From Octopus sinensis (lineage: Eukaryota), in assembly GCF_006345805.1 (NCBI RefSeq), contig NC_043006.1:68324001-68388000 (forward strand): a DNA stretch of 64,000 nucleotides, read 5' to 3'. Every line of letters begins with the position of its first letter. The first letter of the stretch is position 1. Made by a program: the position numbers and the translations under genes. This document shows positions 1-13,265 of this stretch, in pieces. Under the pieces are notes generated by a model. It worked only from the letters and a program-made list of their open reading frames with translations. It had not been told where the DNA came from and ran no database searches.

Positions 1-115
1 TAGAAACTCTGCCAGATCAGATTGGAGCAGCCATCTGGTTCACCAGTCCTCAGTCAAATCGTCCAACCCATGCTAGCATGGAAAACAGACATTAAATGAT
101 GATGATGATGATGAT
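1..115 (+). mobile_element. 3' end of a SINE with an RTE-type tail (family A), (GAT)n tail
   Basis: gtccaacccatgctagcatggaaaacagacattaaatgatgatgat; near-identical to the ends at 51615-51720 and 53760-54063. Confidence 0.8.
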
Positions 116-2089
116 ATAAACAGGTTTACTGAGTCATATCTTTTATATCAAACATATTTGCTACAATAAATGCCAGACTGAAAAATGTAATCAAAGAATA
201 CACACATAAGGCTATCTAGATAAGATATATGGAAGTATATCAGTGTATAAATGTGTTGTAAGGTGCTGCACTATTGTGCAGTACAGTGTGTCATAGTATA
301 TATATATATAGTGTTAATGTGCCATTGTATACATAGTGCGCCATAGTATGTATGATGTGTCAATGTGACATAAGGCACACTGCTGTGTAATAAAGGGTAT
401 CAATGACATGATACTGGGCAGCAGATAGAAATACTTACAGTTTATCTGGAGTGATGGAATTGAATTTGTTGATGGACTGCAACGGTGTGTTGAGATCTGA
501 ACGTTCTTTAGCGGTGGCCATAAGATAGGAGGTACGTCTCTGTAACTTGACAGCATCTTGTTCCGGGGACAAATCTGCAGAATCATAAAACAGTTTATTG
601 ACATTTTTGGAGGGGGTAAAAGTTAATGATTGATTGCTAGGGGTAAAGATTGAACGAGTGATTAGTTAATGGTTAATGATTGGTGGAACAAAGGTTATTA
701 ATTTCTAGTTAAATAGCATAAGTAATTATCTGATACTTGTGTCCAAAACAGACATTAGTTATGAGGGGACAGTGCTCTTCACCTCCGCTGGCTGGTGAGA
801 CTAATGTCAAGTGACATTTACCACGAAAGGCATCAAGCAAATTTTGGATATACAGAACTAGGATTTTGGTTCTGAATTCTACATTTATGTTAAGAAACAT
901 GTCATCATTGAACTCCAAGTAATGTACCATGTTATAGGTGTTAAACTCCTGGTCAAGTACTATATTATTAACAGTGCAGTATGGATTAAGTACAATGCTA
1001 CCATGTCAGAGTACTAGGTTAGAGATGGTGAGTATTAGGTATGAATACCACAACTTCTACTTCACAGAGTCAATGGATACTTCCAATTATAGTAGAACAG
1101 GTATGAAATATGATACTTTTACGAATTAGAAAACATTTAGCAGATCAACATTAATGTAGAGTATTGTTTAGTCACAAGACATCTCTAATAAAAGAGGCCT
1201 ATGATCATGACATATGAAGGATGAAAGGCAAAGTTGGCCTCAGCAGGATTTGAACCAGGGACATGCCGTCTAGGTGAGCAAGGTAGGCAGTGCCTATCTT
1301 GGATAAAATAGATTGATAGCAACATTTTCCTCTCATGGCAAAATATGTACCTAATTCAATAAAATTATGAAGGTTACTCTGATTACTATGCAGAAAATGC
1401 AAAGTATTTTATTTTTTTGTAGATTAGGTAGGCATAATTCGCTTCTGCTTTTCAATCTCAGTATTTAAGCCACACAAGCTGCGTACACTCCTCCAACACA
1501 GTTTTCTTTACATGCTATAAATCTGCCTTCAACTCAGTCGCATGCCTATGTTTTGCTTATTTATTTTTGTGTTTTACTACACATAGCTCACCAACTGCCT
1601 ACCCTGAATAATTACTGATGGCACGCACCTAATTTGAACTCAGAATTTAGATACCAATACAGCCACTTTCTTCAGAGTTCTGATTCTGCTAATCTACCAC
1701 CATTGCAGCAACAATAATAATAATAAATCCTTACTTGCTTTAGGCTTGAAATTATGTGGGTGGGAGTTAGTTGATTACATTGACCCTAATGCTTAAGGAA
1801 GAGGGGAGAGAGAGAGAGAGATAAAGAGGACTCTCACCTTCAGTCTTCTTACGTAGAGTGACTTGGTCTGACTCAAAGGTGCTATGTGAGAAGAAACTCT
1901 CTTTGTTTTCTGCACAACTGGACATGTTGAGCAAAGTGCTGTCAGCTGCAATATAAATAACATTAATAATGATAACAATAACAACAATTACGCCAGTAAT
2001 GGTGAAATTTACATAGCAATTCAATGGTTATTAACATAAGTTGTATATAAAAATTCCAGTACAACAACAGTAGTAGTAGTAGTAGTAAT

Positions 2090-2312
2090 AATAATCCTTT
2101 CTACTATAGACACAAAGCCTGAAATTTAGGAGGAGGTGTTAAGAAAATTATATTGACCCCAGTACTCAACTGGTACTTAATTTATTGACCCTGGAAAGAG
2201 GAAAGGCAAAGTCGACCTCAGTGGAATTTGAACTGAGAATGTTGCGATGGGCGAAATACTGCTAAGCATTTTCTCCAGTGTGCTAACAATTCAGCCAGCT
2301 TGCTGCCTTAAT
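2090..2312 (-). mobile_element. tRNA-derived SINE (family B) flanked by (AAT)n
   Basis: The minus strand reads taaggcagcaagctggctgaattgttagca...cagttcaaattcc (A/B-box-like)...gcctttcc...agtaccagttgag...gaaaggattattatt. More than 15 related copies occur in the window. Confidence 0.85.
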
Positions 2313-2382
2313 AATAATAGTAATAATAATAATGATGATGATACTACTACTACTACTACTACTAATAATAATAATAATTAAT

Positions 2383-2560
2383 TCTTTTATTGGCCACAAG
2401 GGCTGACAAAAATTAATTAAAACATAAAGGGACAAAACAGGATGAAAGGTTACAAAGTGTTTTGTCCGTTTGTAAAAAACCATGTAAAAATTCCAATTCC
2501 CAAAAGGGGGAGGCGCTTCGAAAGGTTACTCGTGGAAAAACCCATAAAAGCCATGGATAA
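2383..2560 (-). mobile_element. Probable LINE 3' UTR fragment inserted in an (AAT)n array
   Basis: The minus strand ends ...cttgtggccAATAAAagaattattattatt, a polyA signal plus an (ATT)n tail. It is flanked by AAT repeats and lies between two family B SINEs. Confidence 0.35.
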
Positions 2561-2619
2561 TAATAATAATGGAAGATACTTGGCAAGAAATGAAAACAAA
2601 ATTGAAAGAAGAAGAAAAA

Positions 2620-2755
2620 CATAATAATCCTTTCTGTTATAGGAACAAGGCCTGAAATTTGAGAGGAGTTGGACGACTTGATTACATTGACCCCAGTGTT
2701 CACCTGGTACTTAAAAGACTTTGAAAGAATGAAAGGCAAAGTTGACCCTAAATGG
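2620..2755 (-). mobile_element. 5'-truncated family B SINE
   Basis: ataatcctttctgttataggaacaaggcctgaaattt...gaaaggcaaagttgacc matches the other copies. Confidence 0.75.
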
Positions 2756-2939
2756 GCCTTTGCATGCAATCAAAAGATCATACATAGGTGACCTCTAAAA
2801 GTAAAAATAGTGCCGCTTGTTAGTGGATTGAGGGGTTGTCTTAGGGTCTATATGCCATAGAAGGGGCTGACTCAGAGCAAGAGATAGATGGATGCATGTA
2901 TGTGTGTGTGTGTGAGAGAGAAAGAAAGATAGAGAAAGA

Positions 2940-2970
<31 letters not shown>

Positions 2971-3301
2971 CAAGTAGGGCTGTAGAGTTAGTAAACAAAA
3001 CCTTCAACTCTGATTCCAATTCTGACTTCTCTTTTGTAATTTTACTAATTCTATACAAATTAAAAGCACACAACATACATGACCAAAGGTGAATAATCAG
3101 GCTACTTTTTAACACTCTAACCTGTCAAAATTTAGCATTGCTGGCCTATAACTATGCTGTTTATATTTTTTTTTGTTATATAATAAAGGAGTTACAAACA
3201 AATATAACACAAAAGTAACAAACTTAGAAAAAAAGAGACTGTTTACATCAAAAGGCTATAACCATTTTGTTGTGGAAAGATATCCACCTTAAATTTATTT
3301 A

Positions 3302-3483
3302 CTCTTAACTGTGGAAAGAGGTTTATATATCAATCTATCTTTTGTTGAAGAATGTCATGTTTGTTGAAATATGTCAAGTTTATTGAGGAAACATGACTTG
3401 CAGAAAATACCATTTCTATTTTTTGGTAGATATTTAACATCATTACCAGAATAACCATGAAATTTGATTTCACAGTTAAAGGG
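3302..3483. mobile_element. TTAA/piggyBac-like MITE (family F); partial second copy at ~8640-8830
   Basis: Ends ctcttaactgtg...cacagttaaaggg form a degenerate TIR. The internal ~150 bp align with 8640-8830, which also ends cacagtgaaagggctaa. Confidence 0.55.
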
Positions 3484-3624
3484 ATAAGGTAAAAGAATTT
3501 TCAAAGAAATAAACTATAAAAATATTTTAAAAGAAAATCTTTCAAGCATTTTTGTTCAACCAGTTCAAAAATCTAAAATACATCAAAGTTAAAACTAAAA
3601 ATCTGAACACCCAAAGTAACTTAT

Positions 3625-3796
3625 CTCTTTAGCATTTAAACCAGCGATATGTGTTATGTTCAAACTAGCCAAATAGTCTCTTACAACTATCCTACGATGT
3701 CATACTAAAAGTAAATACAAGATAATGCATGATTAATTCAAAACAATGTGAATAAATAAGCATTACATTTGACAGAGTAGTTTGAATGCTAAAGGG
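3625..3796 (-). mobile_element. TTAA/piggyBac-like MITE (family D), internally deleted
   Basis: TIR ctctttagcattt...aatgctaaaggg; reverse-complement match to 14259-14469 and 42175-42386. Confidence 0.7.
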
Positions 3797-5034
3797 TCAA
3801 CAAATGACTATTTTAAAAGAAATAAACTCAATGAGATACATAACCCTTCCTTTTTGAGATTAAAGAATCGCTTTGAATAAGTGAAATGAAATGAAATGAA
3901 ATAAAAATTATGTTGTAAAATACTCAAAAATGTATCCTTAGGAAAATGAATTGTAGAATCACTGTATATAGAATACAAGGTTAAAAGTCACCTGATAGAG
4001 CAGCTTTTAAGCTAGCTCCTTCATGCATTGAGTACATATTAAGTTTTATTAAGCTTGACCAATATTTTTCAAGTAATGAACCGTTTTCATCAAAACAATG
4101 ATACAATTTGTCGACTTGGAACTTATTGCAAAACTGCATGATAAACAACATTTTTTTTATCTTCCCATTCGTGGATTCACTACAAATTTTTTTTTTTATC
4201 TAACCTCTTTCTCTCTCTCTCTTTCTGTTGATTGTTTTCAACCATCACCATCATAAGTACTACCACCATTGCCACCACAATTGCCATACACACTCCATTC
4301 AGACTTCTGAAGCCACCACCATCAATACCTTCGTTTTGGCATTTATTATTATAGAAGGGTCAAATACAAAATCCAATAGTAAAATTGTCTAACATCTTGT
4401 TCTTAGAAGCAGAACTGTTTCTAATAGAACTTTCTTAACTCTGATATGATCATTTTCATCCCAGAAAATAATCAAATTAATATCTGTGGAATTGGACATT
4501 TTTTGGTGCTTTATATTATAACTTACACTTAGTTTGAGTCAGAGTCAGTAAAAAATGTACTGACTCTGACACCCAATAATTGCTTCCAGTTCTACAGCCA
4601 TGAATGTGTGTAACAGAGTGGACAAATATTTGTTTTAAAGTTTACAAGTTGTGTATGTGAGCATGTATAAATGCGTGTGTGTGTACACTAATATGTAGAA
4701 GTGTGTGTGCACTAATATGAGCATGTGTGTGTGTGTACAAATACATGTGTGCTCGTGTGTGTGTGTGTGTGTGTACAGATACATGTGTGCTCATGTGTGT
4801 ATGTGTCCAAATATGTGTGCTCGTGTGTGTGTGTGGTTTCTGAGGAAACAAGATAAACCTCTCTTACATACAGAATTACTTTTAACAAATAAAAACCAGT
4901 TCAATATTTTATGTTTCCATGTCAATACAACTTGAACAAGGGTCACCTGGTCTGACCCTGTCTCCACAATAACAACGACAGAAAAACAAAAAAACAAAAC
5001 AAGTAAAGCTAAGGTGTATGCAGAACCAACTTAC

Positions 5035-5074
5035 CCCAGAACATGTGTAAAATACCTGAGGGATTCCACACCAT
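5035..5074 (-). CDS. Candidate alternative first coding exon MVWNPSGILHMFW (phase 1)
   Basis: gtcATAATGG Kozak-like start (A at -3, G at +4) with an in-frame stop upstream. The 40-nt exon ends in GGG|GTAAGT, a perfect donor, in the same phase as the large exon. Unique sequence. Confidence 0.35.
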
Positions 5075-6560
5075 TATGACTGAAATTGTTGTTGAAGTGT
5101 TGAAGGATGAATGTAATGTGAAGTATCAGCACTGCACACATTGAGGTAGTGGTAATAGCTAGCACAAGAAATCAATTCAACTACGAACATCCAGGATGTG
5201 GTTTGCAAGTGGGACAGGAATTTAAGGAAAAAGTGGGTCAAATAACAAAGTCCGGATATCATACAGATGTTAGGAGATTTGGTTCAACAAGACATTTATA
5301 TTTTGATCACATACACAGACAGAGATTCTCACGTGCACACAGACTCACATACACACAAACAGAAAAACATGTGTGGGTAGAGAGACAGAGCTGATCCTGA
5401 TATACAAAAGATGGAACAGTCACAAAATTTCAGTCCCAAGATTTGCTGGATCAAGGTTAACTTGAGACTAAACAACAACACACAAATAAAAACAGTTTGT
5501 GAAATAGGTTATAAATATACTGATTTTAAATAATATTTGATATTCAGTTTTACTTAAAATGATTGTTAATTATACATGGGAGTACATATGATTATATATG
5601 GGATGTATATATATATATATATATATATAAATATATATATATGAAGGCAAAAATAAAACTGGTTCTCTATGTTATTGACTTTGTGCCATGATAGAGATCA
5701 AATAAACATTTACTGCTAATCTTCACACGATTTTGAAACAAAAAGAAATAAAACTGCTGTTTGTTTTATGAATCATACCCGTATGATAATAAATTTATGA
5801 ATAACAAGTTTTTCAAGACAACCAAATCAAACATTAATAAGAATTTTCCAAAGCTTTAAATTATACTTTTTAAAATGTGTGGTGCAGCCAAATATTTCTT
5901 GTGCACTGCTTCAGAACACACTGATACAGACAGACAGACAGACCTACTGCTGACATGGATCCTGTATGTGTCCTCCTGAGAATATAGTAACCCTTTCAGA
6001 TATTTGTTTGAAGGGGGTCACATTTATAAAATAATGCCTGTTGTAAATATATGCAACTTTGTGTTTACAACAGTAGAGAATAAAAATTTTATATATGTAG
6101 TCACATATGTAGACATAATAATGTGCACAGGTGTACACACACACACACAGATAAATGCAGTCACATACAGTCATATTGTTTTTAGGAGCTATTTTTAACG
6201 AGATGTAAAATAGGAGTTGCTGAGAAAGAAAGGTAAGTCAGGGAGTGATCCAAATCTAAATTTAGAATTTAAAGACGTCCTGTTTGAGTTTTTATGACAA
6301 TGAGATTATTATTTATTCCAAGTAGACTTGTAAACAGGGAAAAATAATTAGGTAAAGAAAGTCTCTGCTGTTCCTGTCTTTCCTAATATGTCTTTCCAAA
6401 GTAAACGGAGTAAAATGAAACTATTTATGAGTAATGAAATTTCTCAATTAGACAGACTAAAGAAAGATGACTATTAGTTAATTATCAATTCATGTCTAAC
6501 ATTAGACTGTGATAACAAATTAGCAAAGGACACAGAATTAATCCAACTGATCCTAGCATT

Positions 6561-6900
6561 TTATGTGGTAGGAGGTTTGCTTCCTAACCACATGACTCTG
6601 GGTTCAGTCCAACTGCATGGCACCTTGAAGAAGTATCTGCTACTATAGCCTCAAGGCTGACCAACACGTTGTGAGTGAATTTGGTAGACAGAAACTGAAA
6701 GAAGCCCATTGTATACGTGTGTGTGTGTGTGTGTGTGTGTGTGTCCATCTGCCATTTGACAATTGGTTTTGTGTGTTTACATTGCCATAGCTTAGTGGTT
6801 TGGCCAAAGAGCACTGGGGCTGATACATCTGACTTAAAATTCAAAGCAGAGCCCCAACATGGCTGTAGTCTAATGACTGAAACAAGTGAAATAAAAATAA
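6561..6900 (+). mobile_element. tRNA-derived SINE (family G) with internal (TG)n
   Basis: tgtggtaggagg...gggttcagtcc...gtgagtgaatttggtagacagaaactgaaagaagccc...atgactgaaacaagt; homologous to 47106-47484, 48190-48592 and 55677-56040. Confidence 0.85.
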
Positions 6901-7619
6901 ATGATAAAGTTAAAAGCTTTGTCCTTATTACTCTACAAGTATTGACTCAAGATGCACCAATCTTTGCCAAATTTATTCATTTCCTGTCATCCTGTTTCTT
7001 TAGGAGTCTTCTAGAATAGACTGTCAGTTTAAAAAAAAAATTTATTTGTTGCCACTGAACCTCTGGACATTCCAATGATTTTATAAATTTATCAATACCA
7101 TTTAGTTTTGTTTTGAGATCCATTTCATTGGTTTCCATAGTCTTCGCACAGAATTTCCAAACTCCTAGTACAAACTGGTACTAAATTTGACTTTGAGGAA
7201 GCAAAAGGTAAATCCAACTTTGGAGAATGTAGAGAAAAGTAGCTAAATACGGACGTTCCATCATTTCTAAGATGGCAGTGATGATATTAAATTGTGTAAA
7301 TGAGTATGTAATGTCAAAGCAGAATCAAAGTAATTGTAAACATTTATTTGAATAGCAAAAATATTTGTCATTAACAAATCTGCATAGCAATCAAAGCATG
7401 TGGCTCTGAAGATAATGGCTACTGCAACACTAGGAATATTGGATTATGCAACAGATTCTGGACTCCAGAAACTGTAAAAACTACAAAGCGCAAAATTTGG
7501 AAAATATTTTGAAATGCCATGTAATGAGTGTATATTTTAAGAAGAGACAGTCATAGGGAATTATTAGGTGTTAGGGAGAAGCTTTCAATAATGCAGTTTT
7601 CAATGTTACACATCCATTG

Positions 7620-7812
7620 TTAACATGCTGAGAAAAATGGTGAGCATCATTTCTTCCATCTTTACATTCTCAGTTCAAATTCCACCAAGTTTGACTTCAC
7701 TTTCATCCTTTTGGGGTTCATAAAATAAGTAGCAGTTAAGCACTGGGGTCACTGTTATCGATTTGCCTCCTGAAATTGCTGATCCCATGCCAAAATTTGA
7801 AATCAATATTAT
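7620..7812 (+). mobile_element. Family B SINE, degenerate
   Basis: ctcagttcaaattcc...tttcatccttttgggg...aaatttgaaatc. Confidence 0.7.
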
Positions 7813-8639
7813 ACACCTCCTATGAACTGAATTCTCCATATGTAAAATAAAAAAGATTGACTTAGCTGACTAAATCCAGACAAAATGGTACAGTAAAGAC
7901 ATATTTGTGATCCAGGACAAACACAACATTAGACATATCAAGTATTGCCTATGCTATATTTGAAAGAAACAATACATTATATTAACCAGGATGTCCTATA
8001 TTACTCTCATGAAAATGTACTAGGAGACACTATGATGTAACCAAGGTGATCTACATGCGCCTACACATCAAATTTCAACTGTTGCAAGAAAAAAAAAAAC
8101 TCTCTGGTACTTAACTAAAACCTCCAACTGTCCCAGAAAACAACAATAAAAAAATACTCGTGCTTGACTGGCACTTCACAAAATTGACCTAAGTAGGATT
8201 TGAACTCAAAATGTAAATGGAAAGAGATGTTATGAGACATTTTGGTAGAGTGCTATACTGATTCTATCAATTATCACCATCTTCAACAATAAGGTTGTTT
8301 TTTGTTTTTATAAAAAAGACACAAAGCCAGTAATTTGGTAGAGTAACATTTGATGATGTCCACAGTAGTACTTGCTCCAAGACATTAAATATCAAAGTAG
8401 ACTTATCATGTTGGTATGCAAGCTAATAAACTAATGCTGGCTGGGTTCATGCAGTCAGTAAAAGTCTCAAGGAGTACAATAGCCAACTGTGCGAATGTAG
8501 ATGGCCCTTGCTTAACACAAGGCAAAATGACTACATACACACGCACACACACATACACGTGTGTATGAGTGTGCTGTTTTAGTGATAGACATACACTCAC
8601 ATATCTTCTATTTTTTCATTTGCCTCAGTTTCATATATC

Positions 8640-8830
8640 AATCTCTTTTTTGTTGCGGAATGTCATGTTTGAAACTATTTGCTATTGAGATATGCTAAAG
8701 TTTATTGAGGCAACATGATTTGCAGAAAATACCAAAATAACAATTCTATTTTTAATGAATTTTTTTTTTGGTAGATATTTACCATCATTACTGGAGTAAC
8801 CATGAAATTTAATTTCACAGTGAAAGGGCT
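8640..8830. mobile_element. Family F MITE, partial copy
   Basis: Aligns with 3330-3483 (gaatgtcatgttt, tttattgagg, gcagaaaatacca, ggtagatattta, catgaaattt..tttcacag). Confidence 0.6.
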
Positions 8831-8969
8831 AAAATAACAATGCAGAGGTGGCCATGTTAGCAGAGCTGGTCACATTTAAACATCTATTAATAAGAAACAT
8901 AGTTGCAGATGAAACAGAATTACAGAAGTTGTGGAATATCTGAGATGTAATAGTGAAAGTATGGAGGCA

Positions 8970-9145
8970 TCTAAGGTAGTAGCATTTCGTCTGTCTTAAC
9001 ATTCTGAATTCAAATACAGCTGAGGTTAAGTATCATCCTTTTGGGGTTGATAAAAGAAATCACCAGTTGAGCACCGGGGGGGGGGGAGATGTAATTGACA
9101 AGGCCTCTCCTCTAAATTTCCAGTCTTGGGCTGATATTTGAAACC
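8970..9145 (+). mobile_element. Family B SINE, degenerate
   Basis: attctgaattcaaat...catccttttggggttgataaaag...accagttgagcacc...tttgaaacc. Confidence 0.7.
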
Positions 9146-9239
9146 ACCACCACCATCATCATTGTTATCAACATCATCATCCAGCCTATACCCAAATAAA
9201 TGATGTATGATTTTGATTAAATCAACTAAAGAGAACAGA

Positions 9240-9615
9240 GCCTTTATGTAATCTTGACGTCTACAAGAAATAGCTGCCAAATCTCCCTTAAATCACATCT
9301 TGCCAACTTAAAAAAGAAAGAAGTTCACAGTGGATACATGTCTGAATACATGGTCACAGCTGGAATACCCTTGAGTAAAGGTCAGATGGATCAGAATTAA
9401 CCTGTAACTAAGCAACAGCAACTATAGCCACAACTATACTAAACAAAAGCCAATGAAGCAGCCTATACATGGCCATTCATCCTGCTAGAAACAGCAGCCA
9501 AATCTTACCATTTAAAAAAAAAAAAGAAACAACACATTTAACATAATTGTAGATATACAAAAAGGCAAGATGGTTACAGTTTTACTAGATCAAGATTGAA
9601 CTGGTGTTAAACTGT
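9240..9615 (+). mobile_element. Two adjacent copies of an old interspersed repeat with a (CAA)n tail (family I)
   Basis: gctagaaa.agcagccaaatct...gatggtcacagctggaat...gatcag...ctaaacaacaac. Further copies at ~5390-5480, 14130-14500(-), 15345-15490(-), 36995-37165, 40240-40330, 44900-45045, 45485-45870 and 49140-49345(-). Confidence 0.65.
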
Positions 9616-10617
9616 TGTATATAGAGATATCAACTACCCTGGGTCCAACAGTGGTAGAGGAAGACATCCTATGAATATACACACATTGCTTATCTGTTCA
9701 CCTTTCAATCTCATCTCCTTGACATCATAGGAGAGGGTGGGGGAGTTGATTCACTGCCCCCGCTCCACAGGAATGGTGCAAACAAGTAAACTGATAAGTT
9801 CAAACAAGTGGTTTGTTATGTAATGTAGAAATATTTCTACACACACACATGCGTATTGTGTGTGTGTGACCCCACATACATATAGAAATATATACACAAA
9901 AATATACACCACATCAAGAGACGTAAGACACAAATTTGTACAGTTGTATATATACAGATATCCATAGTAAGACACATACATAAATACACACACACACACA
10001 AATACACATATATATATACACAGGCACATACACACTAAGAAAAAATGTTACATCTTTGGAGGGAGAGAAAGATGTTAATAATTAATGACAGACACTAGCT
10101 GAGAGATAGGGAGAGAAAGAGAAAGCAGAGAGGGGAGTGAGAGAAAAAGAGGGAAAGATGGAAGGGAGTGAGAAGGAGGAAGGGGAGAGAGAGACGTGCA
10201 AGGTATAATAATAGAGAGAGTGTTAAATGGTGTGAATGTTCAATCCCAGATGATGTAACTTTGGTAAAATGAAAACTGTGATGTAGGATGGGGAAGTGGG
10301 GGGGGGAGAGGTAAAGTTATTTACTCACATCCCCCCCCTTTTTTTTGCTATACTACACACAACAACGACGATGACTATTACTACCATCAGATAAGAGTGG
10401 GAGGGGGAGGAGAGAGCAGAACCTGTTAGGACTTTAATGCCCATATTTGTACACGGCACCCAGAATAGGGAGGCAGTGGGAGGTTTGAATGTAAGCACAG
10501 AGTATAATTGAACTATTTAGCTGAAAGTGGTGGGTAGATGCAAAGGTGGGAGAGGGTGGTGAGATGCAGGGTGTTTCTGCTGGTTGAACTATGAATACAC
10601 ACACACACACATGTATG

Positions 10618-10671
<54 letters not shown>

Positions 10672-11642
10672 AACTAGCAGGAAAAATGCGGGTGCAGAAG
10701 TGATAATATTCTTAACTGAACCTGAAAAAGTACATAAGAAGTGGAAGCTTAAAAATATTGCAGGTTGGAATTTGCATTTAAATAATATTACTTCTGGGTA
10801 GATTCTGGGTGGAGAAAAAAAAGTAGGGAAAAGATCGAAGTGGGGTATGCACTTATGCAATATGTTGATCATGTGGTTAGATTTGAAGGACCAGTTTCCT
10901 TACTCCAATGTCCTGTCTCATGTGCATGCTTATTTAAGATCAAAACCAGTGGTTTATACAAAGCCAAATGAAGATAAATGCTGGGCACTCTTGGGAAATA
11001 GAGATTTATTGGTCAACTTTTATAGAAGACATAAGTGTTAAGGATGGTAGGCTTTCAGGGTGTCAAGTATCCAAGTATGTTGGATTTCCAGAGTTTCATA
11101 AGCATAAATCCTGAATTTTTGGCTCTAGAGAAGATGAATTTTTCTTTTACAGTGAAAAACAGTAGCCCTCACAAAAATCACAAGACAATTTGTTGTTTCA
11201 GATCTGACAAGATACTATGTTCTATTTAATTCCCACTAAGTAGAAGTGCATCTTAGTTGCTCTTGGTACCTCAACGAGTTCATATTTCTGAATACCTAAC
11301 TGTCAGCTCAGCCAAAGTCGGTAAACCATAAGAGGAAAGTAGCCGAAAATCTTAAAATTTTGAAAAACAGAATTCATCTTCATTATATGAATGTTTGAAC
11401 TCCACTCCCATCATCCACCATATTTAATTTTTATAGGGAGCAGATACAAAAAGTTGCATAAAAAATTGTTTTCATATGGGAAATTAGAATCTAAAGAGGA
11501 GATACTTTTATATATTTGAATGAAACAAAATGCTACACCAACTTCAGCTGCAATATTTTTAAGTATCCACTTCTTGGCCTGAATTTTACCAGTTTCAGTT
11601 AAAAATATCATCAGTCCTGCACCGGCCTTTTCCCTGCCAGTC
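10672..11642. mobile_element. ~970-bp element bounded by ~95-bp diverged inverted repeats
   Basis: 10672-10763 (actagcaggaaaaatgcgggtgcagaagtgataatattcttaactgaa...aagaagtggaagcttaaaaatattgcag) aligns with the reverse complement of 11548-11642 (actggcagggaaaaggccggtgcaggactgatgatatttttaactgaa...aagaagtggatacttaaaaatattgcag). Confidence 0.65.
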
Positions 11643-11734
11643 CACTCTTTTTACAACCAAAAGTTAACTGCTATTGAGACAAAACTTAAAACAGTATAAA
11701 AGACAAAAAAAAAAATTGAAGCAGGTGGTGAGTG

Positions 11735-12400
11735 TCTTTTTAAACCCTTGCCTAGTCCCAGTTTCCAGTGGGGACAATCATCAACAATGTCTTCTTGCCT
11801 TCAATGTTCATGTAAAGAGACTTCAAGTTCCATTGCATATATTTTTGAAATAAATATCATACTGGTGTTTTCATGCTGGAGGATATATCACCACTCAGCA
11901 AGCCATTTCCCATCTGACATACTGTGTACATAGACCAGACAGTTGCGACATTGTTGCTGTGGTAGGACAAGGTCAGGTATCTGTGGACCAGATAAGACCT
12001 TCTAGTTGGTGGTTAAGCCAGAACACACAATGTTTAAAATTAATCTCAGCTACTGTAAGTGGAAGGCATTGAGACACTCTGGTCTGGAGTGGGCTGTTCT
12101 ACAGCTCACTGCCATAAGTGTGCTACACTGCTCTAAATTGTTTCAGGCAACCAAAATGTCAAATAAATATTCTTACTGAGGTAGAAAATGTCTTTGAAGT
12201 TACTCCATTCCTCTTTCCCATACTGCTTTTAAGTACTATGACAGCTTTAAACTTGTCTTTACAGGATATAAAATGTTGAAACTCTCAGTATAAGTTGAAT
12301 CCTAGAATTGTAGTGTTGAAGCCCACCAGTAAGCACAGTGTTTTCCAGAGAAATTAAAATTATGAAGTAGCAGGTCTTGAGTACAGAGGACTGGATGTAT
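11735..12400 (-). mobile_element. Decayed RTE-clade LINE ORF2 C-terminal fragment
   Basis: Frameshifted minus-strand peptides YGSE..., LNAFHLQ*LRLILNI, YVHSMSDG and NLKSLYMNIE..EDIVDDCPHWKLGL match the post-RT region of RTE elements. Confidence 0.6.
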
Positions 12401-12474
12401 ATTATTTTTTATAAATATAGACAAATGTTAGGAGTTTGTACACCTGATGATTGTGCGACAGTATCACATACCTT

Positions 12475-13265
12475 CATAGCACACTTTCAAAAATTGTTTC
12501 CATCAATGATGAAATTAATAGCAGAATTATCATGGTGAGCATGAAGGTGAAGAAGGACTTTAGCACCAAACCAAGTTGAAGGTTTACAGAGTTGTCCTGC
12601 CAACTTTGTTGTTTGTTCATGAGGTGTGAGCATTTATGCCAAGAAATTCAACAAATTCTACCTGAAATGTCTGTGATAAAAGCTGTATATTAATTGGCAG
12701 GACAAGGTCCTAGATACTGAGATCTTCAATCATACAATGTTATCTAGCATCTATACTCTCCTATGCAGAGTCCGGGTGCACTGATCTGGTTACATTGTCA
12801 AAATGAGCAACAAACAACTTCTGAAATATATCTTCTATGGCATTTTCCAGTCAGTGGAGAGTGCAACCATTACTAGGTTCTTTTCAAGTCAAACTCTCCT
12901 ACTCAAGGCTGTCTTAGCAGTATTAAAGGCCCTCAGGCAAATCAATGCACTGGATCCTGAAATTGCCTCAAGACCAGTGAGGACCCTGGACAACTGCCTA
13001 GTGTGCCTATGCCTAAAGACAGCATGGACACACTGGACACACCAAAAGAAAGATTTAAGCAATAATTCAGAGTCAGGGCAATGTTACCGATGGGAGATCA
13101 GCCTGGTGTAGTCTGATGATGGAAGGGGCATACAATTGGAGCTGACAGACTGAATAAAAGAGGAAGTTAACCTGCACATTGGCAAAAATAAAGGACTGGT
13201 TAACCATTCCTGTATACACCTATGAGTGATATCGTGGTCATCATCCATATGAATATATAAACAAG
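12475..13265 (+). mobile_element. Decayed RTE-clade LINE ORF2 C-terminus and 3' end
   Basis: Peptides STLSKIVSINDEINSRI, KLKVYRVVLPTLLF and KKFNKFYLKCL**KLYINWQDKVLDTEIF...SGYIVKMSNKQLLKYIFYG. Confidence 0.75.

Noticed and set aside
314-1200. Short ORFs in non-repetitive sequence
   Set aside because: No recognisable motif or splice structure; possibly an old TE, but this is not supportable.
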